Positions 14,441 through 27,267 of a DNA stretch of 64,000 bases are shown here, piece by piece. Origin of the DNA: Amoebidium appalachense (taxonomy: Eukaryota; Protista; Ichthyosporea). Where the stretch lies: positions 10,420,243 to 10,484,242 of the forward strand of contig CAVNZM010000009.1 in the NCBI GenBank assembly GCA_963693365.1. The letters run 5' to 3'. Every line of letters starts with the position of its first letter. Position 1 is the first letter of the stretch. Below the pieces are notes generated by a model. That model searched no databases and was not told where the DNA came from. It saw nothing but the letters and a program-made list of their open reading frames with translations. The translations under genes and the position numbers were made by a program.

Positions 14441-15348
14441 GGTGGGGATGCTCGTAAAATTGGAATGTAGATTGGAATGCGCGGGTGCGTTCCTGACTGA
14501 CAACAAGCGAGCGTTGTACGAGCAGGCTGCCAGAAGATGTAAACAAGTCACGCAGAAATCGCCGTTCAAAGAAGTTTAAATGAATTTACAAGTGCCGCTT
14601 AATAACAATTGTGTAAAATAGAAAATCTATCTGGTAAATTGTTATTGTGAGGAACATAAAAGATATGAGTCCGCTACAAGGCTTCGACCGCTTCGGGGTC
14701 AAATCTTTACCACGATCTTCTGTTGTTGATTGGTAGACCAAAAATACCATATATGGCCTACATAAACCAAATACACCAATCAGAATTGTTTAAATCTATG
14801 GCTATTGCTGATTGGTGCAAGTAATTGAGTAGCGTCAGCCTATCACCATGCTCCATTTTACTGAACTAAGAATACTTAAAGACACGTACATGTTAGGCTG
14901 TGCTGTTATGACAAGCAACTATGGTCATGGCTGGCGCACGTGGAGATGTGTACCTACAGTGTTTTTTCAGGAGGGGGTGGCGCTGGGCAACGGTTTGAAG
15001 CCAGGTTGCAAGCGTCAGCTGCCAGGCCTGGTATGGGAGGCACCGAATGCTACGTGGCCGCGGCACGATTCGCCCCCTGGATCCCTGTCAGCAATTTGCG
15101 TGTTTGGTGGCCGGTGGTGGTGTTGGAGGTCAGGGTGGGCAAGGTGCTTCTACGGAGTTCACTAGAAAAATGACACAGTACCGTATGCATGTGGCCAGAG
15201 GGTAGGTCTGGGCACAGCTGTCGAGCGAGAGTACGTATGCCTGGATGATGGCTTTGCCGCACACGCGGAGTTGATCGCAGTGATCACTATAGGCTAGCAT
15301 GTACATGTCCCGCACTGCCCACATGCCAAACATGCACACCCCAAGCGC

Positions 15349-15386
<38 letters not shown>

Positions 15387-15587
15387 CGAGTCCCCCTCCC
15401 TGCTCGTCCGGTTCCCCCCTCTGCTATGATAGGTTGTGTTCGAGAATAATGAGCTCACCATTTCGCAAAGGCAACAGTCCGGTGTGTGGATGTCACGGCG
15501 TGTGCGTTGTGGTGTCGCAATCATCAGTGTAGTACGTATGTGGTGTGATAGTATGTGTTTTACCTGTACATGTGTGGGCGTTGCCAA

Positions 15588-15634
<47 letters not shown>

Positions 15635-16314
15635 CGTGAGGGGGGGGGGGGGGAGGGGGGAGGGGGGGGGGGAGGGGGGGCTTTCGGGAACACCAATCCA
15701 ACTTTACTGGAGAAGTGGCCACAGACCACCCACTATGACGTCACCTATCCCGGACCCTCGGTGAACCCACAGCCAAATAAGGCAAGTTGGAGGTTCGGGA
15801 TTACATGCTACCAAAGGTGTAATCTTACTCTGATATTCAGTTTTAGTATGTTACATTCTCCCCCCCCCCCCCCCCCTCCCCCCCCCCCTCTCCCCCCCCC
15901 CCCCCCCCCCCTCCCCCCCCTCCCCCCCCCCCCCCCCCCGAGGGAAAAAAGGGAAGGAAAAAAAAAAAAAAAAAAAAAAACGAAAAGAAAAGAAAGGAAG
16001 AACAAAGAAAGAAAGAGAGAAAGAAATCCCTACCCAGGGAAGTGCAAGAAGGGAAAGAGCGCGCGGGAGAATCAAAAACAGCAGGAGACATAAGTGGAAA
16101 CCCCACAGTTGTGCAAATCACAAATCATTTTTCAACTGGTCGTAAATTGCCATTTGACTATCGGAAGAAAATGAAAATACATGAGTTGCAGATACTCATC
16201 GAAGGAAATATATCAGTAATGTATGAAATTGCATGTGCTTGACGGAAGCCTGCTTCCGGCTAGCCAAACACATTAATAATACCAACTGTGTTGCATGGCT
16301 TGCCCATTTACGTA

Positions 16315-16468
16315 TTACTGTTTCTTGCTGCCCCCCCTGTGAAAGACTAAAAGTCAGTAACAACCCAATTAGCGCTTTCCAACCAAGGAATGATTGGTAG
16401 CCAACCTCGAGCGAATAAAACGTTTTATTCCTTGGGCATAGAGCCTCAAGTGTTTCCCTTAGAGCTAC

Positions 16469-16547
<79 letters not shown>

Positions 16548-18485
16548 AGAGAGAACGAGAGATAAAGCCAGCGAGACAGGGATGAGGAGAGGTGGGGAAA
16601 GAGGAGAGGAGAGAGGGGGAGGTGGTGGAAGAAGAGAGAAGAAGGAAGGGGGGGGGGGGGGGGGGGGGGGGGTGTATACAGCGGTGAATGGGGCACACTC
16701 CAGCAACCATGTGATAAAAGCACCGCACACGTGCACGCAAACCGCTACATATCCCAGCTGTACACATGCCAGAACACATTCGTGTATGCACAGCCAACAT
16801 GTATGTGCATGTATGCGTGGGTGTGCCAAGTGCGTGTTGATAGGTAGGTCTTGTGTGTATGTGTCTGTGTGTGGGCAACACGCACGGGAGGGGGGGGGGG
16901 GGGGGTTTGAATGCGTCAAAAAGTGGGGGGGGGGGGGGAGGGAGGGGGGGGGAGGGGGGGGGAGGAAAACGCTACCTGCAGTTAGGGGATGGTGCGTAAG
17001 TTGGGTTGGCGGCCCACTGCTCGGGGGTTTTTGCGTCGATGCTCAGCGCATGAACCCCCCCTGCTAGCTCTTCCTTCAGCGCCTCATTCACTGCCCTGTG
17101 GGGTGGGTTAGTATTGCCATGCAAGTAAAGGCGGGAAAGGAAAGAAAAGGGACGGGGGGGGGGGGGATGGGGGGATGGGGGGAGGGGAGAAAGATGGAGG
17201 GTACCTTTGGGGGAGGGAAGAGGGGGGGGGGGAGGGGGGAGCCGACAGAGAGAGATGGGAGACGACATGACAGACACCAGCGAGTAGCCAGCATGAGCAT
17301 GCACTATAGCCAAGCACACATCCCTATATACAAAGGTCAAAGCAACGGAACACCTGACCACATGCTTAAGGCTCTCCACAACGAAATATCTCAGTGCGTG
17401 TGCGCAACCCTACCTGCCCATCTCAAGGCACTAACATACAGTGTGCAAGGTAGGGGAGTTTGATGCGAAGTCTATCACCCTCCCCCCCCCCCCCCCCCCC
17501 CCCCCCCCTCCCCCCTCCCCCCCCCCCCCCCCGTTCTTTTCTTTTCTTTCCCAGAAAGTGGTGAAGAAAGATCAGGGGGGGGGGGGGTTGGGGGGTTTGA
17601 ATGCGGAACACGGTACGAAGTACGCATACACGACGAGAAGCATGGTGCAGGACATGCAAAGGCAAACATTCAAGTATGCAACATAAGCCATGCGCACAGT
17701 ATGCGTCATAAGCAGAGCCCATCCTCAGGGAGGGCCCAAGTCATCAATTGCGTCTGAGTTTCGACCCCTTAGCCCGCGTATATACGACTCTCCAACTCAG
17801 ACAGCAGCATCAACTGAACTTGGGAGGGTCAACCCGTCTTGATCAAAGACGAGCAGGGTTGCTTATGCAAGCAAGGTGAGCAAAACGGTGAAGATTTGTG
17901 TGCAAACTATAGCAGTGCAGCGAAAAATGCCTATGTGCTTACAGATGCACGACACAGAGCAACCATTCCCGGTTGCATGGAAGTAAATCGGTCTCCACAC
18001 AGTGGTCTGTCCGTGGGGGGGGGGGGGGGGGGGGGGGGGGATGGGGACAGTCACCGGTGTCTCTGGATTAGAGATTTGCCGACAAAGACATTTGACACGA
18101 CAATCACCTTAAAGTGTGTTTCAGAGTTCTGTTACAGTAGCATCAATTAGTCTCGTGCATGGGGAAAGGAAAGGAAAACCAGGCGGAATTAACAAGGATG
18201 GGGGGAGAGGGGAGGGGGGAGGGAGGGGAGAGGGGCGGGGGAAGGGGGGATGTGCGTCCATTTCCGGACGGGGCAACATGCATGCACAGCGTTTTGTGGT
18301 TTCCAGAGAAGCAGTTGGTTTTGTATGTGTGAGGGTGGGCTGTTGTTTGTGTGTGTGTGTCTCTGTTTTTGTGTGTGCGCGCGCATGCGTGGCCATGCCT
18401 ATCCCCTCCCCCCCTTGGTCCTCATATCGACATACTTTATCGTAAACTGTCACACCCACACTGACACACAGGCACACGCACACAT

Positions 18486-18522
<37 letters not shown>

Positions 18523-20825
18523 ACTCACACACCAACCCCCCCCCCCCCCCCCCCACCCCTCCTCCTCCACCCCCCACACATACACACTCAACTCAAGATC
18601 TCTCGCCCTCTCACTGTCCCCTCCCTCCTCGTTTCATTCCCCCCCCTCCCCCCCCCCCCCCCCCTCCCCCTCCCCCCCCCCCCCCCCCCCCCGCCCCACT
18701 CCCTCCAGCATCCTCCCCCTCCCCCCCTCCCCCCCCTTTCCCTCCCTCTCTCTCCGGGTGTGTATGCTTGGGCACCTTAGGCACGGAGTGTTTGTGGCTC
18801 TCATTGAGAATCTCAAGGTGTGCAGGCTGGAAGGCAGCCGTCAGTTTTGATTGGATGCTGTCTTGCATGGGCCCCATGGTGCGTGCAGTGGAATACAGCG
18901 CCTGGGCGGCGACGGCGACGGCGACGGGCGGGGGGGGGGGGGGGGGGGGGGGGGGGGTAAGATTTGTTATAGTGTGCCAAGTACACAGGCATAAAGGACA
19001 AAAAATCATGACGTAAAACACAATGCAAAGTAAATGCACACATAAAAGAGCATGCATAATAAACAGGGGCAATCGGGGCTAACGTGCTTGTGACCAATGC
19101 AAGCATAAAGATGAATGACTCACAATAGGAAGACATACGGCAGTTGTGTACAAAACAGCGCCAAAAAAGTAATAATCATACTGGTGGGGTTATGTTTGGG
19201 AGACTGGGGATGGGGTGATAATTCGATGGATAGAGGGGAAGGATAGACAAAAAAAGCAAAGTTTCAGCATAAAACAAGACAGAAGGAAGGGTGGGGAAAG
19301 GGTCTGCCTGTGTGTATAGCAAGGGCGGGGAGGAGACGGGGGAATGGGGGGAGGCGGGGGGAGGGAGGGAGGGGGGGAGGGAGGGGGAGAGGGATGTAGA
19401 GGAGGTAAAAGTCGGCAGGCTGGAGGGGGGGTAAACTGGGGAAATGGGGTTGGGTGGTGGTGGTGGTGGTTGCTGGGGGGGGGTGGGGGGGGGTTTTGAA
19501 TGCGTCAAAAAGTACGAAGTACACAAGAACAAACGGATAACACGATGCAGAATGCAAGCCATACATAAAGAGTATGCATAATAAGCAGAGCCCGGGGGTA
19601 AAGAATGAGGGCAGCATACATGAGTCAATTCTAGGTGAAAGTTGCTAAAACATCACACGTGCTTGTTTAAAACACACACACACACGTGGCGTGTGCTCAA
19701 AAATGGTTATCGGGTGAGTACACATGAGTCTAACTCCAGGCAGAAAAACACCAGACTGAGAGGGAGGGTTTTGGTGGGGGGACACAGGATAGCCAGTTTT
19801 TTTTGTTTTTTTTTGGTGGGGAGGGGGGGGGGGGGAAGGAGGGGGAGGGGAAGGGGCGGAGGATTTGAAATGAAAGGAATAAGTTGTGTTCATGTATACT
19901 GTGGGGACCTCAGGTTTAGCAAAAAGGAAGAAATGTGCATGTTCATGTTGAACAGAGGATATGGTTGTACAAATCAATGAGTGATAGTGTGCAAGTTACT
20001 CAAGGTTTCGGTTTGAATACAGTTTCTCCCTCCCTCACCTCTTTCTTTCTCTTCCTCTTTCTTCTCTCCCTCTCTTGCTCTCTCTCCTTCTCAATCTCTC
20101 CCCCCCCCCCCCCCCCCTCTTTGTGTGTATGTGTGCACGCACGTGTGTGTGTTTGCACTTGCACGGGCGGGTGTTTATGTGTGAGTGAGCAACTGCGTGG
20201 CTGTGTGTGCGTGAGTGTGCACCCGTGCTGGTGGGGCACGGGCATAGCACAAATACGCGTGCAGGCACAAACATGTTCTCAACGTGCGTGTGTGTGTGTG
20301 TGTGTGTTTGCGCGCGCATGTGATGTAGCCTCAGTGTGCAGAGGTATGACCAGGTGTGTATATTCTTGCTGCCCCCTTGGGCCGCCCCACCCAAAATGCG
20401 CTGGTGGTGACGGGGGGAGGGGAGGGGGAGGGGGAGGGGAAGGGAAACTACCTGTCCAACTGAGCGCAAAGGGCGGACAGTAGCGGTGGCGGTGCGAAGC
20501 AGCACTGCAACGTTGAGTCAGTCGAGGGTGGAGAGGAGGAGGGGGGAGGGGGGGAGGGGGTAGAGGGAGAGGGGTGGGAGGGGCTGGTGGGAGAGTGGGA
20601 GGGGGAGGACACGGTAGAGAGCAAGCAGTGGGACAGCTATAATTAAAGAACGGATGGAATTAGGGGTTGATATGTTAGCCCAGGTGTCTGTGTGTGTGTG
20701 GAGGGGGAGGGGGGAAGGGGAAGGGGGGGGGAGGGGGGAAGGGGGGAGGTGGGGAGGGGGCCGGACGTGTGTGCTCTTGTGGGCGGGCGTGTCATGTGCA
20801 TGTGCGTGTGTGTACACGCGTGCAC

Positions 20826-20861
<36 letters not shown>

Positions 20862-21219
20862 GCACGTTTGCGTGGGTGTGCGTGTGTTCGTATCTGCTTG
20901 TGCATTTGCAAGTGGGGCTTGCCACTTGAATAAAGCAAAAAGCAGGTAACCTCGGACAAAAATGAGCCGCTTGCAGACAAAAAGAGTGTTACGTGCACGT
21001 GTTTGGGCATACGGTGTGCATAGTATGCGCATATGTGTGTGTGTGTGACTGTGCCCGTGTGCACCTGTATGTGACTGTGAATTTGTGTGTATGTTTGAGT
21101 TTTAAAAAGATGCAAACACACTAAGAAAGCGAACCAGAATAAGCACAAGACATCTAACATCTAATCTAATAAAGAGTGTACAACTAGTTTTCAAAGTGAA
21201 AAGTCAAGAAACACTCACT
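16315..21219 (-). CDS. BOLA1: BolA-family protein (BOLA1-like) with putative mitochondrial presequence
   Basis: Exons 20504-20452, 18901-18776, 18128-18055, 17095-16976, 16336-16315 give ..LLRTATATVRPLRSVGQ|ALYSTARTMGPMQDSIQSKLTAAFQPAHLEILNESHKHSVPK|NSETHFKVIVVSNVFVGKSLIQRHR|AVNEALKEELAGGVHALSIDAKTPEQWAANPTYAPSPNCR|GGSKKQ*. This contains the BolA motifs ESHKH, ETHFKV, F.GKS.IQRHR and GVHAL. The 5' end at 21219 (split ATG) is inferred. Confidence 0.88.
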
Positions 21220-21962
21220 GTCAAGGGCTAGAGTTATGGTAAGAAAAAGGGCAATATTCTTCCTTCCAAGACTTCCAATAGTTTCCCGCTGCCTGCGACT
21301 CGTGTTTTTGGTCCGAAAGTTTCAAGTGTGACTCGAGGGATCACGTAACAGTGGGCTAGCACCTCAAGTTCAACATCTTCTTCCGAGATATGAGGATGCA
21401 CCCTGATAGGGTTCATTGCGCGCGGCTGCTGTTCCAAAGCTTTTGCCGTTACGGCCCTAAAAGGACAGGAGCACGAAAGGGAAACAGGCGTTTTTTTGGC
21501 TTCCAAATATGCTGCAGCCACTGCATTAGTAGCTTTTACTTTGCTTACGAACGGCCAGCGTCCAAAAAGCAGCATGAAAGGGGAAAAAAACTCTCAGTAG
21601 CGAAGATATGAACAATGATCAGAGAAGCGTGTGTGGTGTTCTCTTACGCAAGGCACACTAGTACTAGAAAGCTAGGTGCTCCGGAAAAACCGTCAACCGA
21701 CATAAAAACTGTTCTGTTTTGGATTTCACTAAGCCTCAAGATAAGATGGTGCCATGGTGTTGGACACATAAGCGCCAGATCTAATATAGACTGTACATCA
21801 TTTTTACATTTTGGGGTGTTGCCTGTGACTGTGCACAAAGGTTAACAGCAGGCAAACGTACGCTTGGCTACCAGCAAGTACCCATCAATGATTATTGCTC
21901 AAGCGACTAAGGCACTTGTGGACCATGTGCTAAAAAAAAAAAATAGCATGCATGCTTCCCTT

Positions 21963-21993
<31 letters not shown>

Positions 21994-22053
21994 CTCCCAA
22001 CACACACTGGAGACTAGCACCCTCCTAACCTCCCCACACAAACACGACAAACC

Positions 22054-23055
22054 CTATGAGCTTACCAGCCACTTCTTTAAATTCAACTCCCCCATATCTA
22101 ACGTAGGCAACTTCGGTCGTGTAAACCACCCCGTCTTCTTTTGTTTGCTCTCCCCCTCACACTTCACACTTGTTGCATCTACCGATGGGCTCCCCAACCC
22201 AGTTGTGGGTGGAGGTGATGAGGGAACAGTGAGTTCAGGCTCACTGACTGTCTCCGTCGAGGAATTGGGGTGGGATGGAGGGTCCAATAACCCCACCTGC
22301 TGTATGGTGTAGAGGGCATTCTTATGGCGTGCTATATACAGAAGTAGAAGGTAGCGCACCAGTGCCTCCTTGTCCCTGCACGTGACTAGAACGGCGTGAC
22401 CCGCCTCCAGTGCCAGCCCGTTGACCCCCGAGCGCTTGTGCGAGTCAAACACGTAATATCTGTTACCCACACGCCCAATCATCGTGCTGTATCCCTTGGT
22501 TGTGAGCACATATGCCTCGATCCCACTTTTGTTCTGTGTATACATCAGGTCTATCGCGCTCATGAGCGGCATGCCGAAACTCTGGTTTGCGCCCACCAAG
22601 GCGCCACCGTAACATTGCTCTGTAGCCACTGCTGTCATTCCCTGCAATGCACACACCTCGTCTGTTGTAGCAAACAACTGCCCCTGTCCAAACTCCTTAC
22701 TCGGTGATCGTGCAGCCGAATCCGCAGCGAGCCACCTACTATGCCACACTATCCCGTTGGAAATAATATCAAATACATCCTCCTCCCGTCCAAAGCACAC
22801 CTTCACATCCCCATGTGCTCGCAGGAATGACTCGGCCGCGACCACCGCGACAGCTGTGCAACAAGATTCAGATCCGGGGAAATCGAACTGGGAAAAACGA
22901 TATGCACGCACGTTCACGCCTGCGATGGGTGAGGACATGACATGGATGGTTGTGTCCAGGTTGTTTATGTGTACGAGGGTGGTGCCTGATACCCAGCCGT
23001 CCGTGAGGGAATTCATGGCGGCACCCCCCGCTTGATGGGCTACTAGCATCGACAT
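22054..23055 (-). CDS. Intronless cysteine protease resembling herpesvirus large-tegument deubiquitinases (peptidase C76 / VTD family)
   Basis: 333-aa uninterrupted ORF with FSQFDFPGSESCCTAVA (oxyanion Gln plus catalytic Cys) and YYVFDSHKR...GHAVLV (Asp-x-His). This is the motif order of UL36/M48-type DUBs. The C-terminal tail is Pro/Ser-rich. Confidence 0.72.
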   Translation of the reverse strand: MSMLVAHQAGGAAMNSLTDGWVSGTTLVHINNLDTTIHVMSSPIAGVNVRAYRFSQFDFPGSESCCTAVAVVAAESFLRAHGDVKVCFGREEDVFDIISNGIVWHSRWLAADSAARSPSKEFGQGQLFATTDEVCALQGMTAVATEQCYGGALVGANQSFGMPLMSAIDLMYTQNKSGIEAYVLTTKGYSTMIGRVGNRYYVFDSHKRSGVNGLALEAGHAVLVTCRDKEALVRYLLLLYIARHKNALYTIQQVGLLDPPSHPNSSTETVSEPELTVPSSPPPTTGLGSPSVDATSVKCEGESKQKKTGWFTRPKLPTLDMGELNLKKWLVSS

Positions 23056-24730
23056 GTGGTCTGTTTGGGCACAAAGCCTGAACTGGTTTGTTTATCGTTT
23101 GATGTGCCGCATGTGGTAGCTAAAAGTTCTTTCTGAGCTTGATTTGTTAAGACTTTTGAAATACAAAATTATTTTTTTGATATTGAAAGAATATTGAAAG
23201 TATACGGATTGCATTCGATCGTAATGCTTGCTGTGATGTGCTTGTAGGCTACATGTGTAACCGACTTGAGCTACTCTCTCTCCTTTCAAACCACGACAAG
23301 CCAGGGCTGGGTGGCAAAACCGGCACACAGGATTGCACCCAGGTGCAGATGGTGAATAATGTGCGTGATATGAAACGAACGGGAAGAGCTCTTTTGCCCA
23401 ACCGTGGCGGCCGTACTCTAGAACATTCCAAGTGCGTTGCATAAGCACTTAGAACGACAAATATAGACGACAAATTTCATATATTGATTTGCATATTTAT
23501 AATTTTTTAACATCATTCAGTAGTTAGTTACCTACTACCACATTTGGACGAAAAACTTTACAGCGAGGAGGTTCAATGGTTCACATGTAAAGCTTCCATT
23601 ATCGGATGATTTAGCCAATCATACTCATTAAACCTACATAGATCTTGCCGGATCTGACCGATCTGCGTGCTCCAACCACTACCCCTACACACAACAAATT
23701 GTCAAGGAGACAAGGCCGTGGTGTGTGCTGTACGCAGGGCAATATTATCTTTTTCCTTTGTTAAAACCCTGCGGTTTCGTGCTGGACTTCTGCTTTTTTA
23801 TATGTGGAAGTAAAATGCTGTCACAGTCGCTCAGGAGTCAGGAAAGAGGCTCTGAAAGCCTCAGTCGGCTATTGGCTAGAGCTGTACCTGAACTGCACCG
23901 GTGATCTATACAAGTGATGTTTTACCAATTGGAAAAGGTACGTTAAAGCCATAGGCTCCAGGTGCACTGAAACCGGATTAGCTACGTAGGGACGTCGTAG
24001 GCGTTACAAGGAATCAACAGAAACATGATGTTCCCAAATATTTATTTCATGTTTTATATTTAAAGACATATAAATGTACAAAAGCATGAACGATTTGTAT
24101 GTTCAGTGTACAATGAATTTGACTAATGCTTTGTTTAAGTTTGTTACCTGCAGCTGGCCATCGGATGATTGGATACATACCTTACCAAATATGTATGTAG
24201 ATACCGCCTTCCAATTCGCTATCGTCCCAAAATGGACCACGTAAACAAACAATGCAAGGCTGGACAAAGCTACAACTAAGGCACCTGTAGCATGCATATT
24301 TTTTGCTTACGCCTACTCCGTGTGAGTTTCCCAACCCAGAGGCTGGCTGAGGTGCTCATCGTCCCATAATGTAGTCCGTCATACTTGATATGCCTGCAGT
24401 TTGCACCAAATATTTCTTTGTAGACGCGAGTCTAACCTTTTTCTGTTTGAACACACGTGCCTCCACATCTTGCAAGGGCACGCACATACATGAACACGGC
24501 ACAAGCGGAATGGGGAGAGTGAAGGTAGAGACCCTCAAAACCCGCAAAAGAAATCCCCTTTTCCCGCTAGTTTGAGAGCTAACCACACGAATAAAACAAT
24601 TCAACCAAAACTTTTAAACAGCGAATTCCAAACCACCAGTTCTTTACAACCGGCCAGATTCTCTTTGGCTTTTTTTCCCCCTTCACCCATTCCTTTTTCT
24701 CTTCTGAAATTTCCGTTATTCAAGTGCACC

Positions 24731-25664
24731 ATGGGTCTTATCCACGGCCTGCGCGTGTCGCCCCCTCTGGGCCATCACCAGGTGCGCTACATGCTTGAGC
24801 CCCTCGTCCTGCACGTGACCTGTGCCACCCCCCATAACGTGGAGCACGTGCACACACACGTGTGGACCAACTGCATTTCCCAGCACGACGCAACAGGCAC
24901 ATGGCACGCCCTCCCCATGGAAAAAATCACCCCCGGCCCAAACGGATCCATCCCGCAGTGGGCACGCGACGTCTCCGTCTTTCACCCTCCCGGCACCCGC
25001 CCGCACTTCTTCCGCTTCTCGCTCATGCCCACAGACAAGGGGCAGTTTGAGTTGACCGTGCGTGCACGTGCGGAGGGGGAGCACGTGTGGACGTGGGCGG
25101 GGGGCTACGGGCAGAACACCCTTCTGGAGGTGCGTCCCCCCGTGGATCACGACCGCTGGACAACCGGCCCGGATTCGCGTGAGGTTGTCCCGGGAGTGTT
25201 TCTCGCCAACTATTTTGCATCCGCACGCCCCGAGGAGCACGGATATGGGGCGGTGCTCAACTTGGCACGTGAGCTCGACCACGTGTATGATCACGTGGAC
25301 GACATGAACACCGTCGAAGCACGTGTTGTGCACGACGCACACACCGTGCCTGGGTGTGCGCTACAAGAAAATCTCTCTGGAAGACGGCGCACACAATGTT
25401 ATTCCGGACATTGCGATTTCGGAGGGGCTGGCGTGGATGGATAGGATGCGGGCAGAGGGGAGGAATGTGTGTGTGCATTGCCGTGCAGGGATAGGACGGT
25501 CTGGGAGCATGGTGGTGGCGCTAGTCTACAGAGACAACCCCGTGATGACGTATGAGGAGGCATGCAAGACTGTGTGGGACGTCAAGCCCGAGGTCTACCC
25601 TCATAGGGGGCTCAAGGACACGTGCGAGAGACTGTTCCCACGTGCAACACACGTCGCTGGCTGA
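24731..25664 (+). CDS. Dual-specificity phosphatase with an N-terminal beta-rich (possibly carbohydrate-binding) domain; one frameshift at 25352-25354
   Basis: DSP start EVVPGVFLANY...AVLNLA lies in ORF 24572-25444, and the catalytic VCVHCRAGIGRSG lies in ORF 25323-25664. Removing one G from CCTGGGTGTGCGC joins them (...TVPG-VRYKKISLEDG). No introns apparent. Confidence 0.8.
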
Positions 25665-26118
25665 ATGGGTGCAAAGTTTTCCATATTAATATTGGCGGGA
25701 GCCCTCGGGGCAGGGGGGAGGGGAGGGGGGAGGGGAGGGGAAAGGGGAGGGGCGGGGGGGAGGGGGGGTCTCAAGGGGGGGGAGGGGGGTGGGGGAGGGG
25801 GGGGGGGGTGGAGTTGCAATGACTTGTGCCTGCCTGTGAGCAGATATCGATGTTGTTTTTAAAAAATTGTGGCAACATCCTTGTAAACCTCAACTATTGT
25901 TCATCTATCATATTGTGTGGCATTCAGATCTAGACGAGTGAGTACGAATACCACTGCAACGCATGACTGTTTTTCTTCAGATTCAAAGTTATTAATATTG
26001 GGCAGAATCCATGCAAACACATGTTCGAGAATGAGTTTGAGACCGTCCCAGAAATTCCCATCGAGGCATTCCCCCCTTCCCGCCCTCACCAATCTCCTCA
26101 AAGGGCAACCCTCGATTA

Positions 26119-26230
<112 letters not shown>

Positions 26231-26321
26231 GGCTATCAGCACCACCCTCACCAGCACCACCACCACGTCACTACCATGGTATAGAAAGATTTCAAGCATG
26301 ACCTGTCAAGCCACCCCCGCC

Positions 26322-26361
<40 letters not shown>

Positions 26362-26680
26362 TCTCTCTCCGTGAATCAACATGCGGCAAGGTAGGGGTCC
26401 TTAGCTTTCCGTAATTTCATATACAACCCCTATGTGCACGGTCCTCACTTTTATAGGAAGTCTCGAGTTTGAGCACACTTACAGCAGTAATTATTGTTCA
26501 CTTTTTGAGCAGAAACATTGGCTGAGAACCCGATCCCCCCTCCCCCCCCCCCCCCCCCCCTCCCCCCCCCCCCCCCCCCCCCCTCTCCCCTCTCCTCGCA
26601 TCCCCCCCCACCCCCTCCCCCCGCCCCCCCTACCACCACCACTCGAAAACACAAACAAATAAAACACGTGTCCACACACA

Positions 26681-26754
<74 letters not shown>

Positions 26755-27223
26755 ACACGCACACACACCACCACACCGTATACACAGTGGCTGCATGCTC
26801 CGTAACAAACCAATAGGACCTGACTGGATTGGTGATAACCCTCAGGAGTAGCGCTAAACTGTAGTGCTAAACAGACACACAAGAAAAGATTCACCCCCCC
26901 CCCCCCCCCCCTCCCCTAAAGTGGTGTAACATTCGCACACGTAGGCGGTGAGTCTATAGGAGTGCAACAAACACATGCATCGTCATCCCACAAGGGTAAT
27001 AATGGACCACCAATATCCCCCCTCCCCCCACAGATCGCAATCGAGTAACTGTGTTGCAAACCGAGTGTCCTCTTCAGCCCACAGAGTGCTTCATATGTGC
27101 ATACGTTCACAGGTACGTGCACTTAGCTGCATAAAAATCCCTCAACTGACCGTAAAAAACGATCCCCCCCCCCCCTCCGGGCCCTTCCCCTCCCCTTTCT
27201 CCCCTCCCCCCCCCCCCCCCCCC

Positions 27224-27267
<44 letters not shown>

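Noticed and set aside
21234-21575. 113-aa minus-strand ORF upstream of BolA
   Set aside because: No recognisable domain; it overlaps the inferred BolA 5' UTR and promoter.
24103-24604. Small hydrophobic ORFs on the minus strand
   Set aside because: They could belong to a small spliced gene, but there is no recognisable motif or convincing model.
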